In this document: piece after piece, positions 20,476-33,019 of the stretch
Layout: each line of letters starts with the position of its first letter
How positions within the stretch are numbered: position 1 is the first letter of the stretch
Source: an uncultured Acidobacteriota bacterium
GTDB taxonomy: Bacteria > Acidobacteriota > Terriglobia > UBA7540
Direction: 5' to 3'
Assembly: GCA_963804995.1 (NCBI GenBank)
Contig: CAWDSK010000003.1
Location: 768,001 to 832,000 of the forward strand
DNA length: 64,000 bases
Made by a program: the position numbers and the translations under genes
Notes under the pieces: generated by a model
Databases searched by the model: none
Seen by the model: the letters and a program-made list of their open reading frames with translations, nothing else
What the model was told of the DNA's origin: nothing

Positions 20476-21180
20476 ATGACTTCCCCTTTTCCTCTTCCTG
20501 GTGCAGTGATCTTCGACATGGACGGCGTTCTGATTGACAGCAACCCCTTCCATCTCCGCAAATGGGTTGATCTGCTGCGAGAACACGGCATCCCCTTCGA
20601 CGAGGAAGCACTTCCCAAAATCATTCTGGGGCATCGTAACGATTCGGCTTTCCGGCGCTTTTTCGGCGCACAGCTTACGCGCGAAGAGATCCGCATTCTT
20701 AGCGGGGAGTTGGAAGAAAAATTCCGCAAGGCGTTTGGCCCCCACGCTCAACTGCTCCCGGGCTTGCAGCGGTTCATGGACGAATGCCGGGCGAACGCCG
20801 TCCCCATGGCCGTGGCTTCTTCCGCCATGACCAAGAACGTCGAGTTCGTCGTCACTCGGCTCGAACTGGGCCCCTACCTCCAGACGATCCTGACCGGCGA
20901 TGAAGTGTCGCACGCCAAGCCTGACCCGGAGATCTACCTCAGAACCGCCGCCAAACTTGGGCTAGAACCCTCCAATTGTGTGGCCTTCGAAGATTCTTTC
21001 GTGGGTATCGAGGCCGCCAAGCGCGCCGGCATGAAGTGCATCGGCATTGCCTCAACTTTTCCCGCGGAGGACCTTCGCCGCGAGACTCACGCCGACCTGG
21101 TCGTCCCCGGGTTTGAGGTGGTCTCGCTCCCGACCCTGCGCCAGCTTTTTAATGGTGCCGGCGGCATGCCCCAACGTTAG
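20476..21180 (+). CDS. HAD-family phosphatase (beta-PGM/CbbY-like)
   Basis: IFDMDGVLIDS, KPDPEIY, FEDSFVGIEAAKRAGM. Confidence 0.9.
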   Translation: MTSPFPLPGAVIFDMDGVLIDSNPFHLRKWVDLLREHGIPFDEEALPKIILGHRNDSAFRRFFGAQLTREEIRILSGELEEKFRKAFGPHAQLLPGLQRFMDECRANAVPMAVASSAMTKNVEFVVTRLELGPYLQTILTGDEVSHAKPDPEIYLRTAAKLGLEPSNCVAFEDSFVGIEAAKRAGMKCIGIASTFPAEDLRRETHADLVVPGFEVVSLPTLRQLFNGAGGMPQR

Positions 21181-21325
21181 CCCTGTGAACCGATCGGGAC
21201 ACATTTCCGGAAAGCGGATATGTTCTCCAGTAGAAATCCGTTCCAGAAGCGCACTTACAGTCCCGGCCTACAGCAATTCATCACCACCAGGATGGGCTAA
21301 CAGCTCTTACCTGCCCCTTCAGGGC

Positions 21326-21371
21326 ATCGCAGACCCCCAAGAACCGGGGTCTGCGCCAGCCAGCCCGCTAC
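21326..21371 (-). repeat. GTAG-type REP hairpin related to the RAYT ends
   Basis: CGCAGACCCC...GGGGTCTGCGCCAGCCAGCCCGCTAC. Confidence 0.7.
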
Positions 21372-21500
21372 TGCTTCGCTTTCGATCCTTGCTTCCGTCA
21401 GCCGTTTGTTGTCCCTCGCCCACGGCATCAAGCATCCAGGTCTCAGCGCGCAGGCCCCAAGCGTCCGGATTTCAGATTCCAGATGTCAGGATTTCAGATT

Positions 21501-23157
21501 TCAGTACGGCGCGCCGTAGCGCACCACCGTCACGGTGAGGTCATCGGATTGCGGGGCAGCCCCCACAAACTGTTGCACGCTGGCCAGGATTCTGTGGCAA
21601 ACCTCCTCAGGCGACAGGCCGTTGCAGGTTTCAAGCAAGGTGTGGAGCCGGGCGTCGCTGAACAGTCCGCCGATGGAGTCACGCGCTTCTGTGACGCCGT
21701 CGGAGGTAGTCACAATCAGGTCACCGGGCAGAAGCTGGACACAGTCCACCTGAAAGGGGATGTGCGGAAAGAGTCCCAAGGGGAAATTGGAAGAATCGGG
21801 CCGGTCGATTCCGCCCTGGTAGCGCAGAATCAAGGGCGGAATGTGTCCGGCGTTTACAAACTCGAATAAGCCCTGAGGATCCAACACGCCATAGAGGACA
21901 GTGGCAAACATTTCCATGGGCGTCCGGTCGCACAGGTAATCGTTGACGTGGGCGAATAAATCAGCCATCGCTGGAGCACCGGTGGCAACTCCACCGAAGG
22001 CTCCCTGCAAGCTCGCGGCCATCAAAGCGGCAGGCAGGCCTTTGCCGGAGACATCCGCCAGGGCGAAGCCGCAGCGGCCATCGGGCAGAGGCAGGAACGT
22101 CATAATAATCGCCGCCCACAGCTTCGGTGGGTATGGTTACGGCATGAATCTGAAAGTAATCGCTCTGGGGCAACTGCCGGGGCAGCAGGCCCTGTTGGAT
22201 ATTCCGCGCCAACTGCATTTCGTGCCGGATGCGTTCTTGTTCGCGGGCCAGGCGGAACAATCGAGCATTCTCAATCACCGTGGCGCCTTCGACGGCGAGG
22301 GTTTGCAGCACCTGCCGGTCAAGCCCCGTCACGGCAGCGGCGGACGAGCGCGCTTCCAGATACAGCAGACCCAGCAGCTCAGGCGCAGCGCCCACAAAGG
22401 TTTCACCCGTGGAATCCGACACGGGTAGTTTCTGCAGGGGGACCGCCACAATTCCCCGCGCCCCGGTGCGGATCAAACCGGTTTCCGCCGCGACTTGGCC
22501 CGAGGCTTCTTCCTCCAGAACCACTGCTTCTTGCCCCGACGCCGCCACGCGCTCCACGACGGCGTGCGAATAATCCGTGGCCTCGGGCGCCAGATAGACG
22601 CCTCCCTTGCCGCGCGCCAGGCGTAATTGCAGGTCGCCCCCCTCTTCTCTGAGAAACAGCAGACCGCGATCGGCGTTGGTAAGTTGCAAGGCGGAATCCA
22701 CCAGCGCCGTCAACACCTCTTCGAGGGCCGGGGCGCGCAACAACATTTGCGCCATTTGTAAGAGCAGGCCCAAGTGATGGAGTTGCGGAGCGGAACTTTG
22801 GACCCGGGCCTTTTCAAATTTTTCCAGCAGGCCCGGCAGCACGGCTTCCTCTACGCCGAAAATCAACGCGTAGGCGTCCGTCACGCCCAGGCTGATCTGG
22901 TCGCCGGATTGCAGCCGGTGCGGCGCCGTGATCTTCTCGCCGTTGACGAACGTTCCGTGACGGCTGCCCACGTCTTCCAGGAAGTAGCCTTGGTCGTCTC
23001 TTGCAATGCGCGCGTGGTGGCGCGATATGCGGCTGTCAAGCAGCACCAGGTCGTTGTTGCCCTGCCGGCCGAGTGTGAAGGGAGTTCGCGAGAGTTCGAT
23101 CTCACGCTGGTTGCCAAAGGCGTCGCGGACCGTAAGACGTGGAACAGTGCTGGGCAT
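21501..23157 (-). pseudogene. FHA-GAF-PP2C (SpoIIE) phosphatase with a +1 frameshift at ~22098
   Basis: FHA motifs (GR..SRHHA..SRHGTFVNG) and a GAF domain. VGGDYYD[g]FLPL then ADVSGKG, NAGH, SDGVTE and SDDLT in the next frame. Confidence 0.85.
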
Positions 23158-23498
23158 GAGTTTGGTCGACCTTTGAAGAGCGCACCCTATTATATCAAAC
23201 ACGGCAATGGCCGCCTATGGCCCAGCAGTGGTCCGGCCTCTTTCACCCGTTTCCCCCGGGACCCCCCCTGACCGCTGCGATGCCATCTCCCGAAATCTCA
23301 TTGCAATTTCTGGACGCTTGCCGCATCATCGATAGTTTCTTTTGAGCACCCTATTGATCCTAGTGGCTGTTTGAGAGACCGTACCGCGACTTGACAGCGC
23401 GGGGCGCCGTAGCAATAGAGGGTAAGTAACAAAACGAGTCCATCTCAGTCGCCAGGAAGTTTCTCAGCAAGCAGTTGGAAATCAAGGAGGCACACAAA

Positions 23499-24824
23499 GT
23501 GAGTGGCATACCCGTAAGCATTGACGAACCCAAAGGCAAGCTAGGAGTCCTGATACCCGGCATGGGCGCCGTGGCGACGACATTTATGGCAGGCGTGGAA
23601 GCCATCCGCAAGAACCAGGCTGCGCCCATCGGCTCACTGACGCAGATGGGAACGATCCGGCTGGGCAAGCGCACCGACAAGCGCACCCCGCTCATCAAGG
23701 ACTTTGTCCCCCTCGCCAAGCTGGATGACCTGGTCTTCGGAGGCTGGGACCTGTTCACGGACAATGCTTACGAGGCCGCCCTCCACGCCGGTGTTCTGGA
23801 GCGCCCCCACCTGGATTCCGTGAAGGCCTTCCTCCAACGTATCCGCCCCATGCCCGCGGTCTTCGAGCAGAAATTCGTCAAAAACCTGCACGGCGAAAAC
23901 GTGAAAAAGGGCAAGAACAAGATGGATCTGGCCGAGCAGCTCATGGACGATATCCGGAAATTCAAGAAGCAACATCGCCTGGCGCGCCTGGTCATGATCT
24001 GGTGCGGTTCCACGGAAATCTTCCTTAAACCCCGGCCGGTGCATCGCACTCTTGCCGCCTTTGAGAAAGGCTTGCGCGACAACAGTCACGAAATCGCCCC
24101 CAGCATGATTTACGCCTACGCGGCGCTCAAACTCGGCATCCCCTTCGCCAATGGGGCGCCCAACCTGACGGTGGACATCCCCGCCCTGATGGAACTAGCT
24201 CTCCAGAATCAAGTCCCGGTATGTGGCAAGGATTACAAAACCGGCCAGACGCTGATGAAAACCATCCTGGCTCCGGGCTTAAAGGCGCGGCTCATCGGTC
24301 TGCACGGATGGTTCTCCACCAATATCCTCGGCAACCGGGATGGCGAAGTGCTGGACGACCCTGCTTCCTTCCGCACTAAAGAAGAAAGCAAGCTTTCGGT
24401 GCTGGAATACATCCTGCAACCGGAGCTCTACCCGACGCTCTACAAGGGCTTCCACCACAAAGTGCGGATCAACTATTACCCGCCGCGCGGCGACAACAAA
24501 GAAGGCTGGGATAACCTCGATATTTTTGGCTGGATGGGCTATCCCATGCAGATCAAGATCGACTTCCTTTGCCGCGATTCCATTCTGGCCGCGCCGCTGG
24601 TACTCGACCTGGTTCTGTTTATGGACCTGGCACAACGTTGCCCGGAAATGGCGCGCAAGGGCGTGCAGGAGTGGCTCTCGTTCTACTTCAAGAGTCCCAT
24701 GTGCGCTCCCCACCTCTACCCGGAGCACGACCTCTTTATCCAGCTTATGAAGCTGAAGAACACGCTGCGTTACCTGCGCGGTGAGGAGCTGATCACCCAC
24801 TTGGGATTGGAGTATTACGACTAG
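23499..24824 (+). CDS. ino1: myo-inositol-1-phosphate synthase
   Basis: GKDYKTGQT, NILGNRDG, RDSILAAPLVLDL, FYFKSP. AGGAGG precedes the GTG. Confidence 0.92.
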   Translation: MSGIPVSIDEPKGKLGVLIPGMGAVATTFMAGVEAIRKNQAAPIGSLTQMGTIRLGKRTDKRTPLIKDFVPLAKLDDLVFGGWDLFTDNAYEAALHAGVLERPHLDSVKAFLQRIRPMPAVFEQKFVKNLHGENVKKGKNKMDLAEQLMDDIRKFKKQHRLARLVMIWCGSTEIFLKPRPVHRTLAAFEKGLRDNSHEIAPSMIYAYAALKLGIPFANGAPNLTVDIPALMELALQNQVPVCGKDYKTGQTLMKTILAPGLKARLIGLHGWFSTNILGNRDGEVLDDPASFRTKEESKLSVLEYILQPELYPTLYKGFHHKVRINYYPPRGDNKEGWDNLDIFGWMGYPMQIKIDFLCRDSILAAPLVLDLVLFMDLAQRCPEMARKGVQEWLSFYFKSPMCAPHLYPEHDLFIQLMKLKNTLRYLRGEELITHLGLEYYD

Positions 24825-25393
24825 GCCTTATGGGAGCCCTTGGTGGGAGCAAACGCCCCGGCGGGCAGCTCCGACAAGTATTTTCCCAGAATTGATCCGA
24901 CCGTGGTGAGCAGGGCCAAATCTGCCTGAGTAAAATCGGGACCCACGGTCTCCTCGGGTCGCACTTTCCGGCTGACTTGGAGCACCCCGACCACTTTCCC
25001 TTCCACAATCATGGGTGAGCTCATGATTTTTTGAATGGGCGCTGCCTTCTCCTGCGCAGAAAGATTGACGGCTTCAAACACCGTCGGGTGTTTGTAGCTG
25101 GGGAAGTTGTTCACAATCTCCCCGCGTTTGTCGCGGATGGTCTTGGTGGCCAGGGAGTGTGTAGTGGTAAGGGGAATGGCGCCCATCAGGGCAAGTTTGG
25201 TGGGGAACAGAAAACTCAGAATCTTCCCATCGGCTGAAATCCGCAGGATAGCGACTTCTTCCTTCTTGGCCTTAAAGCCGTTGGAGATCTGCGCCGCCAG
25301 CCGATGCAGATCCTGCTCAGCGGGAGGGGTTCCTGCCTTGCGCAATTCATCCACCAGCTTAGCGACAACGAGAACGAGATCCATTTCCACCAT
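24821..25393 (-). CDS. GAF-domain protein
   Basis: IMSSPMIVEGKVVGVLQVSRK...FTQADLALL. Confidence 0.7.
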   Translation of the reverse strand: MVEMDLVLVVAKLVDELRKAGTPPAEQDLHRLAAQISNGFKAKKEEVAILRISADGKILSFLFPTKLALMGAIPLTTTHSLATKTIRDKRGEIVNNFPSYKHPTVFEAVNLSAQEKAAPIQKIMSSPMIVEGKVVGVLQVSRKVRPEETVGPDFTQADLALLTTVGSILGKYLSELPAGAFAPTKGSHKA

Positions 25394-25573
25394 TGCGCTT
25401 TGCTCCCCCGAGGATTATTACGGCAGGTGGGCATTATACCGAACCCCCTACCGGCAAGCAATCACGGTATGCGCTAAAATTCGCAAGCTTGCGGGCTCTC
25501 CCCATGGCCCTGGCGCCCAGAATACGTTTGACAAAACCTTCCGCACCTCCTGATAATTCCCCCATCTTCACTT

Positions 25574-26821
25574 ATGAGAACTTCACGCATGGGAAAACAT
25601 CCGAGAATCTCCGCCTGGCTTCTTTTCTGCGCTTGCATGGTGGGTTCACTCCCGATTTTTGCCCGGCCACCCGCCAACGCGGACGCCGTTGCGGAGCGTG
25701 CCCTGGCGCATGCCATCATCATCGACACTCATGCTGACACTCCGCAGGCGATGCTCGATCAGGACTACGACCTCGCCGACCCTGCCAGCCCCTACATGGT
25801 CAGCATCCCCAAGCTGCGCGCCGGGCACATGGGCGCTGAATTCTTCTCGATCTGGGTGGACGTCACCTGGCCCAAGCAGGACCTGATCCGTCGCGCCCTC
25901 GACCTGATTGACGTCACCTACCAGCAGATCGCGCGCCACGCGGATGCCCTGGGTCTGGCCACCACCGCAGACGACATTGAGCGCCTGCACCGGGAGGGGA
26001 AAATCGCCATCCTGATGGGCGTCGAGGGGGGACACGAAATTGAAGGCGATTTGCACGCGCTCGACATTTACTACCGCCTGGGCGTGCGCTACATGACCCT
26101 GACCCATACTGCGTTCGATGAGTTAGGCGATTCCTCGGGTGACTCTCCCAATTGGAATGGGCTCTCCCCCTTAGGTCGCGAAGCTGTCCAGCGCATGAAT
26201 CGCCTGGGCATGATGGTGGACATTTCGCACGTCTCCGACAAAACTTTTTATGATGCGGTGGCAGTGAGCCGCGCCCCGCTTATTGCTTCGCACTCTTCCT
26301 GCCGTGCCTTGTGCAGCGCGCCGCGCAACATGACTGACGATATGATTCGTGCCCTGGCCAAGAATGGCGGGGTCATGGACATCAATTTCTTTTCCGGCTT
26401 CCTGACACAGGACTACGCGAGCGGCTTCAAAAGCATCGAAAAGGAGATGAACGCAGCGATTGCGGAGGCCCGCGCGCGTTACGCTCGTGAGGGTAAACAG
26501 CTCCCTTACGTGGAAAGGGTGAAGATTGAACAGAGCCTGACCAAAGATTTACCGACGCCCAGTTTTACTTCCATCGCCGACCACATTGACCACGCCGTCA
26601 AAGTGGGTGGCATCGATCACGTAGGTTTGGGCTCCGATTTCGATGGCATTGAATCGGCCCCGCGGGGCATGGAAGATGCTTCCAAAATTCCCGACTTGGT
26701 TCGCGAACTGGCGCGGCGCGGCTACAGCGAAGAGGACCTGGTGAAAATCCTGGGCGGCAATGTGTTGCGCGTTATGCGTCAGGTGGAACAGAGGGCGCGT
26801 GCCCTCGAAACGGCCCACTGA
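25574..26821 (+). CDS. Membrane dipeptidase (peptidase M19)
   Basis: IDTHAD, GVEGGH, VDISHVS, ASHSS, GLGSDFDG. Confidence 0.92.
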   Translation: MRTSRMGKHPRISAWLLFCACMVGSLPIFARPPANADAVAERALAHAIIIDTHADTPQAMLDQDYDLADPASPYMVSIPKLRAGHMGAEFFSIWVDVTWPKQDLIRRALDLIDVTYQQIARHADALGLATTADDIERLHREGKIAILMGVEGGHEIEGDLHALDIYYRLGVRYMTLTHTAFDELGDSSGDSPNWNGLSPLGREAVQRMNRLGMMVDISHVSDKTFYDAVAVSRAPLIASHSSCRALCSAPRNMTDDMIRALAKNGGVMDINFFSGFLTQDYASGFKSIEKEMNAAIAEARARYAREGKQLPYVERVKIEQSLTKDLPTPSFTSIADHIDHAVKVGGIDHVGLGSDFDGIESAPRGMEDASKIPDLVRELARRGYSEEDLVKILGGNVLRVMRQVEQRARALETAH

Positions 26822-26958
26822 GAGATGGGCCACGGACGGCTCGATGGGATCTTTGGATTTACCGCTGCCAAGGTCACGACCGCGCCCAGAGCGGATCGCA
26901 TCGCGCGTGAAGCGGTGAGGGCACTGTTTGTCGTGTCATTAAAATTCCGGGAGGACGC

Positions 26959-27665
26959 ATGAAGAAACAGATTATTACGATTCTCCTTGCCGCGCTCGCC
27001 TTGGCGCTAAATGCCGCCGTGGCCCAGCAATCCCCCCAAACAACGACGAAGAAATCGACTGCGGCCACGACGAAAAAGACTGCGACCAAACCCAGCGCCT
27101 CGCTCCTCAACCCCGCTTCCCTCAAAGACCAGGCTCCGCCCTATTTCAACGCCAAGTTCTCGACGACCAAGGGCGATTTCGTTATGGAGGTCCGGCGTGC
27201 CTGGGCCCCACAGGGTGCCGACCGTTTTTACAACCTGGTGAAATACCACTTCTATGACGGCGCCGCGTTCTTCCGTGTCTTGCCGGGATTCGTGGTGCAA
27301 TTCGGTATCAGTTCTCAGCCCCAGATCAGTCAGGCTTGGGAACGCGCCGTCATCCCTGACGACCCGCCTTCCCAAGGCAATACCCGGGGGATGGTGACCT
27401 TCGCCACCGCCGGCGCCAACACCCGCACCACGCAGGTTTTCATCAATCTGGGTGACAACTCAACCCTCGATCATATGGGCTTCACTCCCTTCGGGAAAAT
27501 CACCAGTGGCATGGATGTGGTCGATCAATTGTTTGCCGGCTACGGAGAAGGCGCACCCAACGGAAGCGGTCCCAGCCAGGATCGGATGCAAAAGGAAGGC
27601 AAGACCTACCTCGAAAGTATTTCCCGGAGCTGGATAAGATCAAGACCGCGGAAATAGTGCCCTGA
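26959..27665 (+). CDS. Secreted cyclophilin PPIase with a probable 1-bp deletion near 27614-27617
   Basis: APQGADRF, FFRVLPGFVVQFG, RTTQVFINL. The natural-looking C-terminus KYFPELDKIKTAEIVP* is in the adjacent frame. Confidence 0.85.
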
Positions 27666-27693
27666 GGCACGGGGCGCCGCAGCGCAGCCGCAA

Positions 27694-27826
27694 GGAGGGC
27701 TGGCGCAGGGCGAGCGCAGCCCTGCGATTTAGTGTGGATCAAGCATGCTCAAGACAGACGAATCATTCGCTGGCTCCGGTGATCGACGTGGATCGCATAG
27801 CTGAGCTCGCTATGCGCCAACCTGCC
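27694..27826 (-). mobile_element. Internally deleted RAYT derivative (both REP ends plus 25 nt of rayT 3' coding sequence)
   Basis: 27744-27768 matches the reverse complement of 10069-10093 at 24/25. Confidence 0.8.
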
Positions 27827-27873
27827 AGATTTGACGTTGCCAGGAAATTACAATTGGAATATCAGGAGAAACC

Positions 27874-28404
<531 letters not shown>

Positions 28405-28421
28405 AGGAGGAGTAAGCAAGT

Positions 28422-28509
28422 GTAGCGCGGACCTGTTCGTTAGGTCCGCGGTTTTTTGCTCTCAATATTGCGTAGCGCGGTCCCCCGCCTTTGGGGTCCG
28501 CGGCTCTTC
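28422..28509 (+). repeat. Two GTAG-type REPs (inverted counterparts at 39028-39063 and 39122-39157)
   Basis: GTAGCGCGGACCTG..TAGGTCCGCGG and GTAGCGCGGTCCCC..GGGGTCCGCGG; the first is followed by a T-run and may act as a terminator. Confidence 0.8.
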
Positions 28510-28904
28510 ATTTGAAAATTCCTCCAATTCCGAACCCGGGCGGCCGCTTCGCAACGATAAATTTGCTTGCTTGGCACACGAAGAACCGCCCTGAGGGATG
28601 GGGGCACTCCCTGAGTCCTAACGTCAAGCCTATCAGGTCGCTACGGGAATTAACTTTAATTACTAAACTATCCAGTATATGCAAGATGGGACTTGACAAA
28701 GTCAGTTAATTAACCTACCCTGGTTAAGGAGATGAGACTCTCTACTCCCACCTTCCAGGTCATCTGAACTAAGTCAGGTAATCTGCAATCGCACCTCTTA
28801 GGCGAGATCCAAGGAGGTCCCCATATTTGCCCGTAGCGCTTCCTTATATCAGAAGCCCAAGACCCATCATTCCATACTGAACTACGCGTGAGAGGAGACT
28901 CAAA

Positions 28905-29222
28905 ATGAATTTTAGACCGCTACATGATCGAATTCTGATAAAGCGAATTGAAGAGAAGGAAACGGTGAAGGGCGGAATTATCATTCCGGACACCGCCAAA
29001 GAGAAACCGCAAGAAGGCGAAGTGATCGCCGTCGGAAACGGGAAGATGACCGAAGAGGGGAAGCTTGTTCCCCTGGACGTGAAGGCGGGCGATCGCATTC
29101 TCTTCGGCAAGTACTCCGGCACAGAAATCAAGATCGACAACCAAGAGTATCTGATCTTGAAAGAGGAAGAAGTGCTGGGCGTCCTGGAAGGCAAGGCAGC
29201 CGCCGCGAACAAGAAGAAGTAA
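28905..29222 (+). CDS. groES: Co-chaperonin GroES
   Basis: [25 protein letters not shown]. Confidence 0.97.
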   Translation: MNFRPLHDRILIKRIEEKETVKGGIIIPDTAKEKPQEGEVIAVGNGKMTEEGKLVPLDVKAGDRILFGKYSGTEIKIDNQEYLILKEEEVLGVLEGKAAAANKKK

Positions 29223-30998
<1,776 letters not shown>

Positions 30999-31032
30999 CG
31001 TAAGGCATCAAGTCCCCTAAAGGAGGACTCCA

Positions 31033-31860
31033 ATGATCAACGTTCGCAGAGTGATAGTTTCAGTTTTAGGGACCATGCTGGTAGTGGCGCCCATGATTCG
31101 CTCGCAAGGCGTGAAGCCGCCTGAGGCAAAGGCGATTGTTACACAACGGCTGGGGATCCAAGAACTGGGGTTGCAGCCCCGCAGCGGTTTCGACGGTTGG
31201 TTGCAAGCCGCCGCTGTTTCGGCGCCGGCGACGGGCGCACCGGATCTTTCCCGTTACCGGGATTTTCAGTTTGGAGAGACCCTGCCGGCACTCGCGAAGC
31301 AAGCTGGCCTGAAACTGTCTGACGCGAAGCTGATCCATGGACGTCCGGCGGTCATGCAGGAACTGGAGTGGCAGATCTGGCTCTCAAGCGGTTCTTCAGT
31401 GCAAACGGACCCGGTTAGGACTATCCTGTTCAGCTTTTACAACGGGGAGCTCTCTCGCATCGTGGTCACTTACGATCGGGGTGAAACCGAAGGGCTGACC
31501 GCCGAGGACCTGATCGAAGCGATTTCGGCCAAGTACGGAACTGCCACCCAGCCCGCTAGCCCCGATATCTCCTTCTCTTCAACTCAAGTCTACAACGATA
31601 CCGAAGTCGTCATCGCGCGTTGGGAGGACTCCCAGTACTCGTATAACCTGTATCGTTCCAATTACCAACCGACTTTTGGAATGATGGCATTTTCAAAAAG
31701 ACTGGATGACCTGGCCCGCGCGGCGACCGCAGAAGCCATCCGGTTAGATGCGCAAGAGGCTCCCCAGCAGGAGATTCAGCGTCAAAACACGGAAGACGAG
31801 AAGAACCGTGAATCGCTGGAAAAAGCCAGGCAATTGAACAAGCCCAACTTCCGTCTTTAG
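31033..31860 (+). CDS. Secreted hypothetical protein
   Basis: AGGAGG SD, signal-like N-terminus, 275 aa, directly after groEL. Confidence 0.7.
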   Translation: MINVRRVIVSVLGTMLVVAPMIRSQGVKPPEAKAIVTQRLGIQELGLQPRSGFDGWLQAAAVSAPATGAPDLSRYRDFQFGETLPALAKQAGLKLSDAKLIHGRPAVMQELEWQIWLSSGSSVQTDPVRTILFSFYNGELSRIVVTYDRGETEGLTAEDLIEAISAKYGTATQPASPDISFSSTQVYNDTEVVIARWEDSQYSYNLYRSNYQPTFGMMAFSKRLDDLARAATAEAIRLDAQEAPQQEIQRQNTEDEKNRESLEKARQLNKPNFRL

Positions 31861-31902
31861 CTTTCAGCGACGGCTCGAAAGATCAGCGCTTCCGGCCAGC
31901 CA

Positions 31903-32080
31903 GGAGGCTGGCCGGCGCAGACTGAGCTTAGTTCCGCGATTCACATCTCTAACCCTGCCCACCGATATTTCTCTTCTGCCGATCTCTGAACGTTATTTCG
32001 AGCCCGGCCCGTGGCAGTTTATCTCCACCCAGACCTATCGCCGCAGCCGGCTATTTACGTATCAGGGCTTCGGCTGGAGC
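31903..32080 (+). pseudogene. Relic 5' end of a RAYT element (left REP plus first ~35 codons)
   Basis: LPISERYFEPGPWQFISTQTYRRSRLFTYQGFGW versus MPIYGRHFEPGQLQFITTSTYRRSRLFTCQRFCW; the ATG and TATAAT are mutated. Confidence 0.85.
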
Positions 32081-32311
32081 TCAAGCTTCCGATGCTATTG
32101 TCTGAGCGACCCGGCGGTCTCTGACCGCCTGCCTCCCCTCGGTCGGAGACCGACACTACAGCAAACCCGCTCCTCCGGCCAAAGAGTCCGAACTTGCCTT
32201 TCAATAATAGCTTTGTTATCAGTGATTTATCGGAAATTTTCGCAAGTAACTTGCTTTTCTGTAACAATTCCTTAACAATACGGGGCTCTAAAAAACCGCT
32301 GAGGACTAACC

Positions 32312-32923
32312 GTGCAACTGATACCTCGCGACGAGAAGTTTTACGACCTCTTTCGCGAACAAGCTGAAAACATCCACAAGGCTGCGAAGATGCTGGTCGC
32401 CCTGTTTGACGACTTCCAGGAAGTCGAAAAACAGATTTCAGAAATCAAATTTCTGGAGCACAAGGGCGATCAGCTCACGCACGCCCTGATGAAGAAACTG
32501 AACCGGACGTTCATTACCCCCATCGACCGGGAAGATATCCACGCGCTCTGTTCGGCCCTGGATGACGTGCTCGACCTGGTAGACGCCGCCGCCAGCCGCA
32601 TGACTACGTACAAGGTCAAGAAGGTTACGCCCGGGGCGCAGCAACTCGCCAAGGTTATCCTGCATGGAACTGAGATCATCGTGAAGGCGGTGGCGCAACT
32701 GAAGCATCCTCAGAACATCCTCGAGTACTGCGAGCAACTCACCTTGCTCGAAGAGGAAGCCGACCGCATCAAGGGCGAATGCGTTGCCCGCTTGTTTGAG
32801 GATTCCACGGATCCCATGGAAGTGATCAAGTGGAAGGAAATCTACGAGGTCCTGGAAGCGACAACGGATAGGTGCGAAGACGTGGCGGACGTCCTTGAAT
32901 CCGTGGTTCTGAAGGCGGCGTGA
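32312..32923 (+). CDS. DUF47/PhoU-like phosphate transport regulator
   Basis: EHKGD, TFITPIDREDI, EEEAD, IKWKEIYE, DRCEDVAD. Confidence 0.9.
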   Translation: MQLIPRDEKFYDLFREQAENIHKAAKMLVALFDDFQEVEKQISEIKFLEHKGDQLTHALMKKLNRTFITPIDREDIHALCSALDDVLDLVDAAASRMTTYKVKKVTPGAQQLAKVILHGTEIIVKAVAQLKHPQNILEYCEQLTLLEEEADRIKGECVARLFEDSTDPMEVIKWKEIYEVLEATTDRCEDVADVLESVVLKAA

Positions 32924-33019
32924 GGGCAGACCGGCCGCCGGTTTCTCAGGGCTCAGTTACACCCGGGCAAACGTGCAAGCCGAACCTGCCGCGATCCTCC
33001 CCGGTAAGGCGCACAGCGA

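Noticed and set aside
27614..27665. Programmed frameshift in the cyclophilin
   Set aside because: One A missing from a short A-run near the C-terminus is more simply a sequencing error or point deletion; no stimulatory signal was seen.
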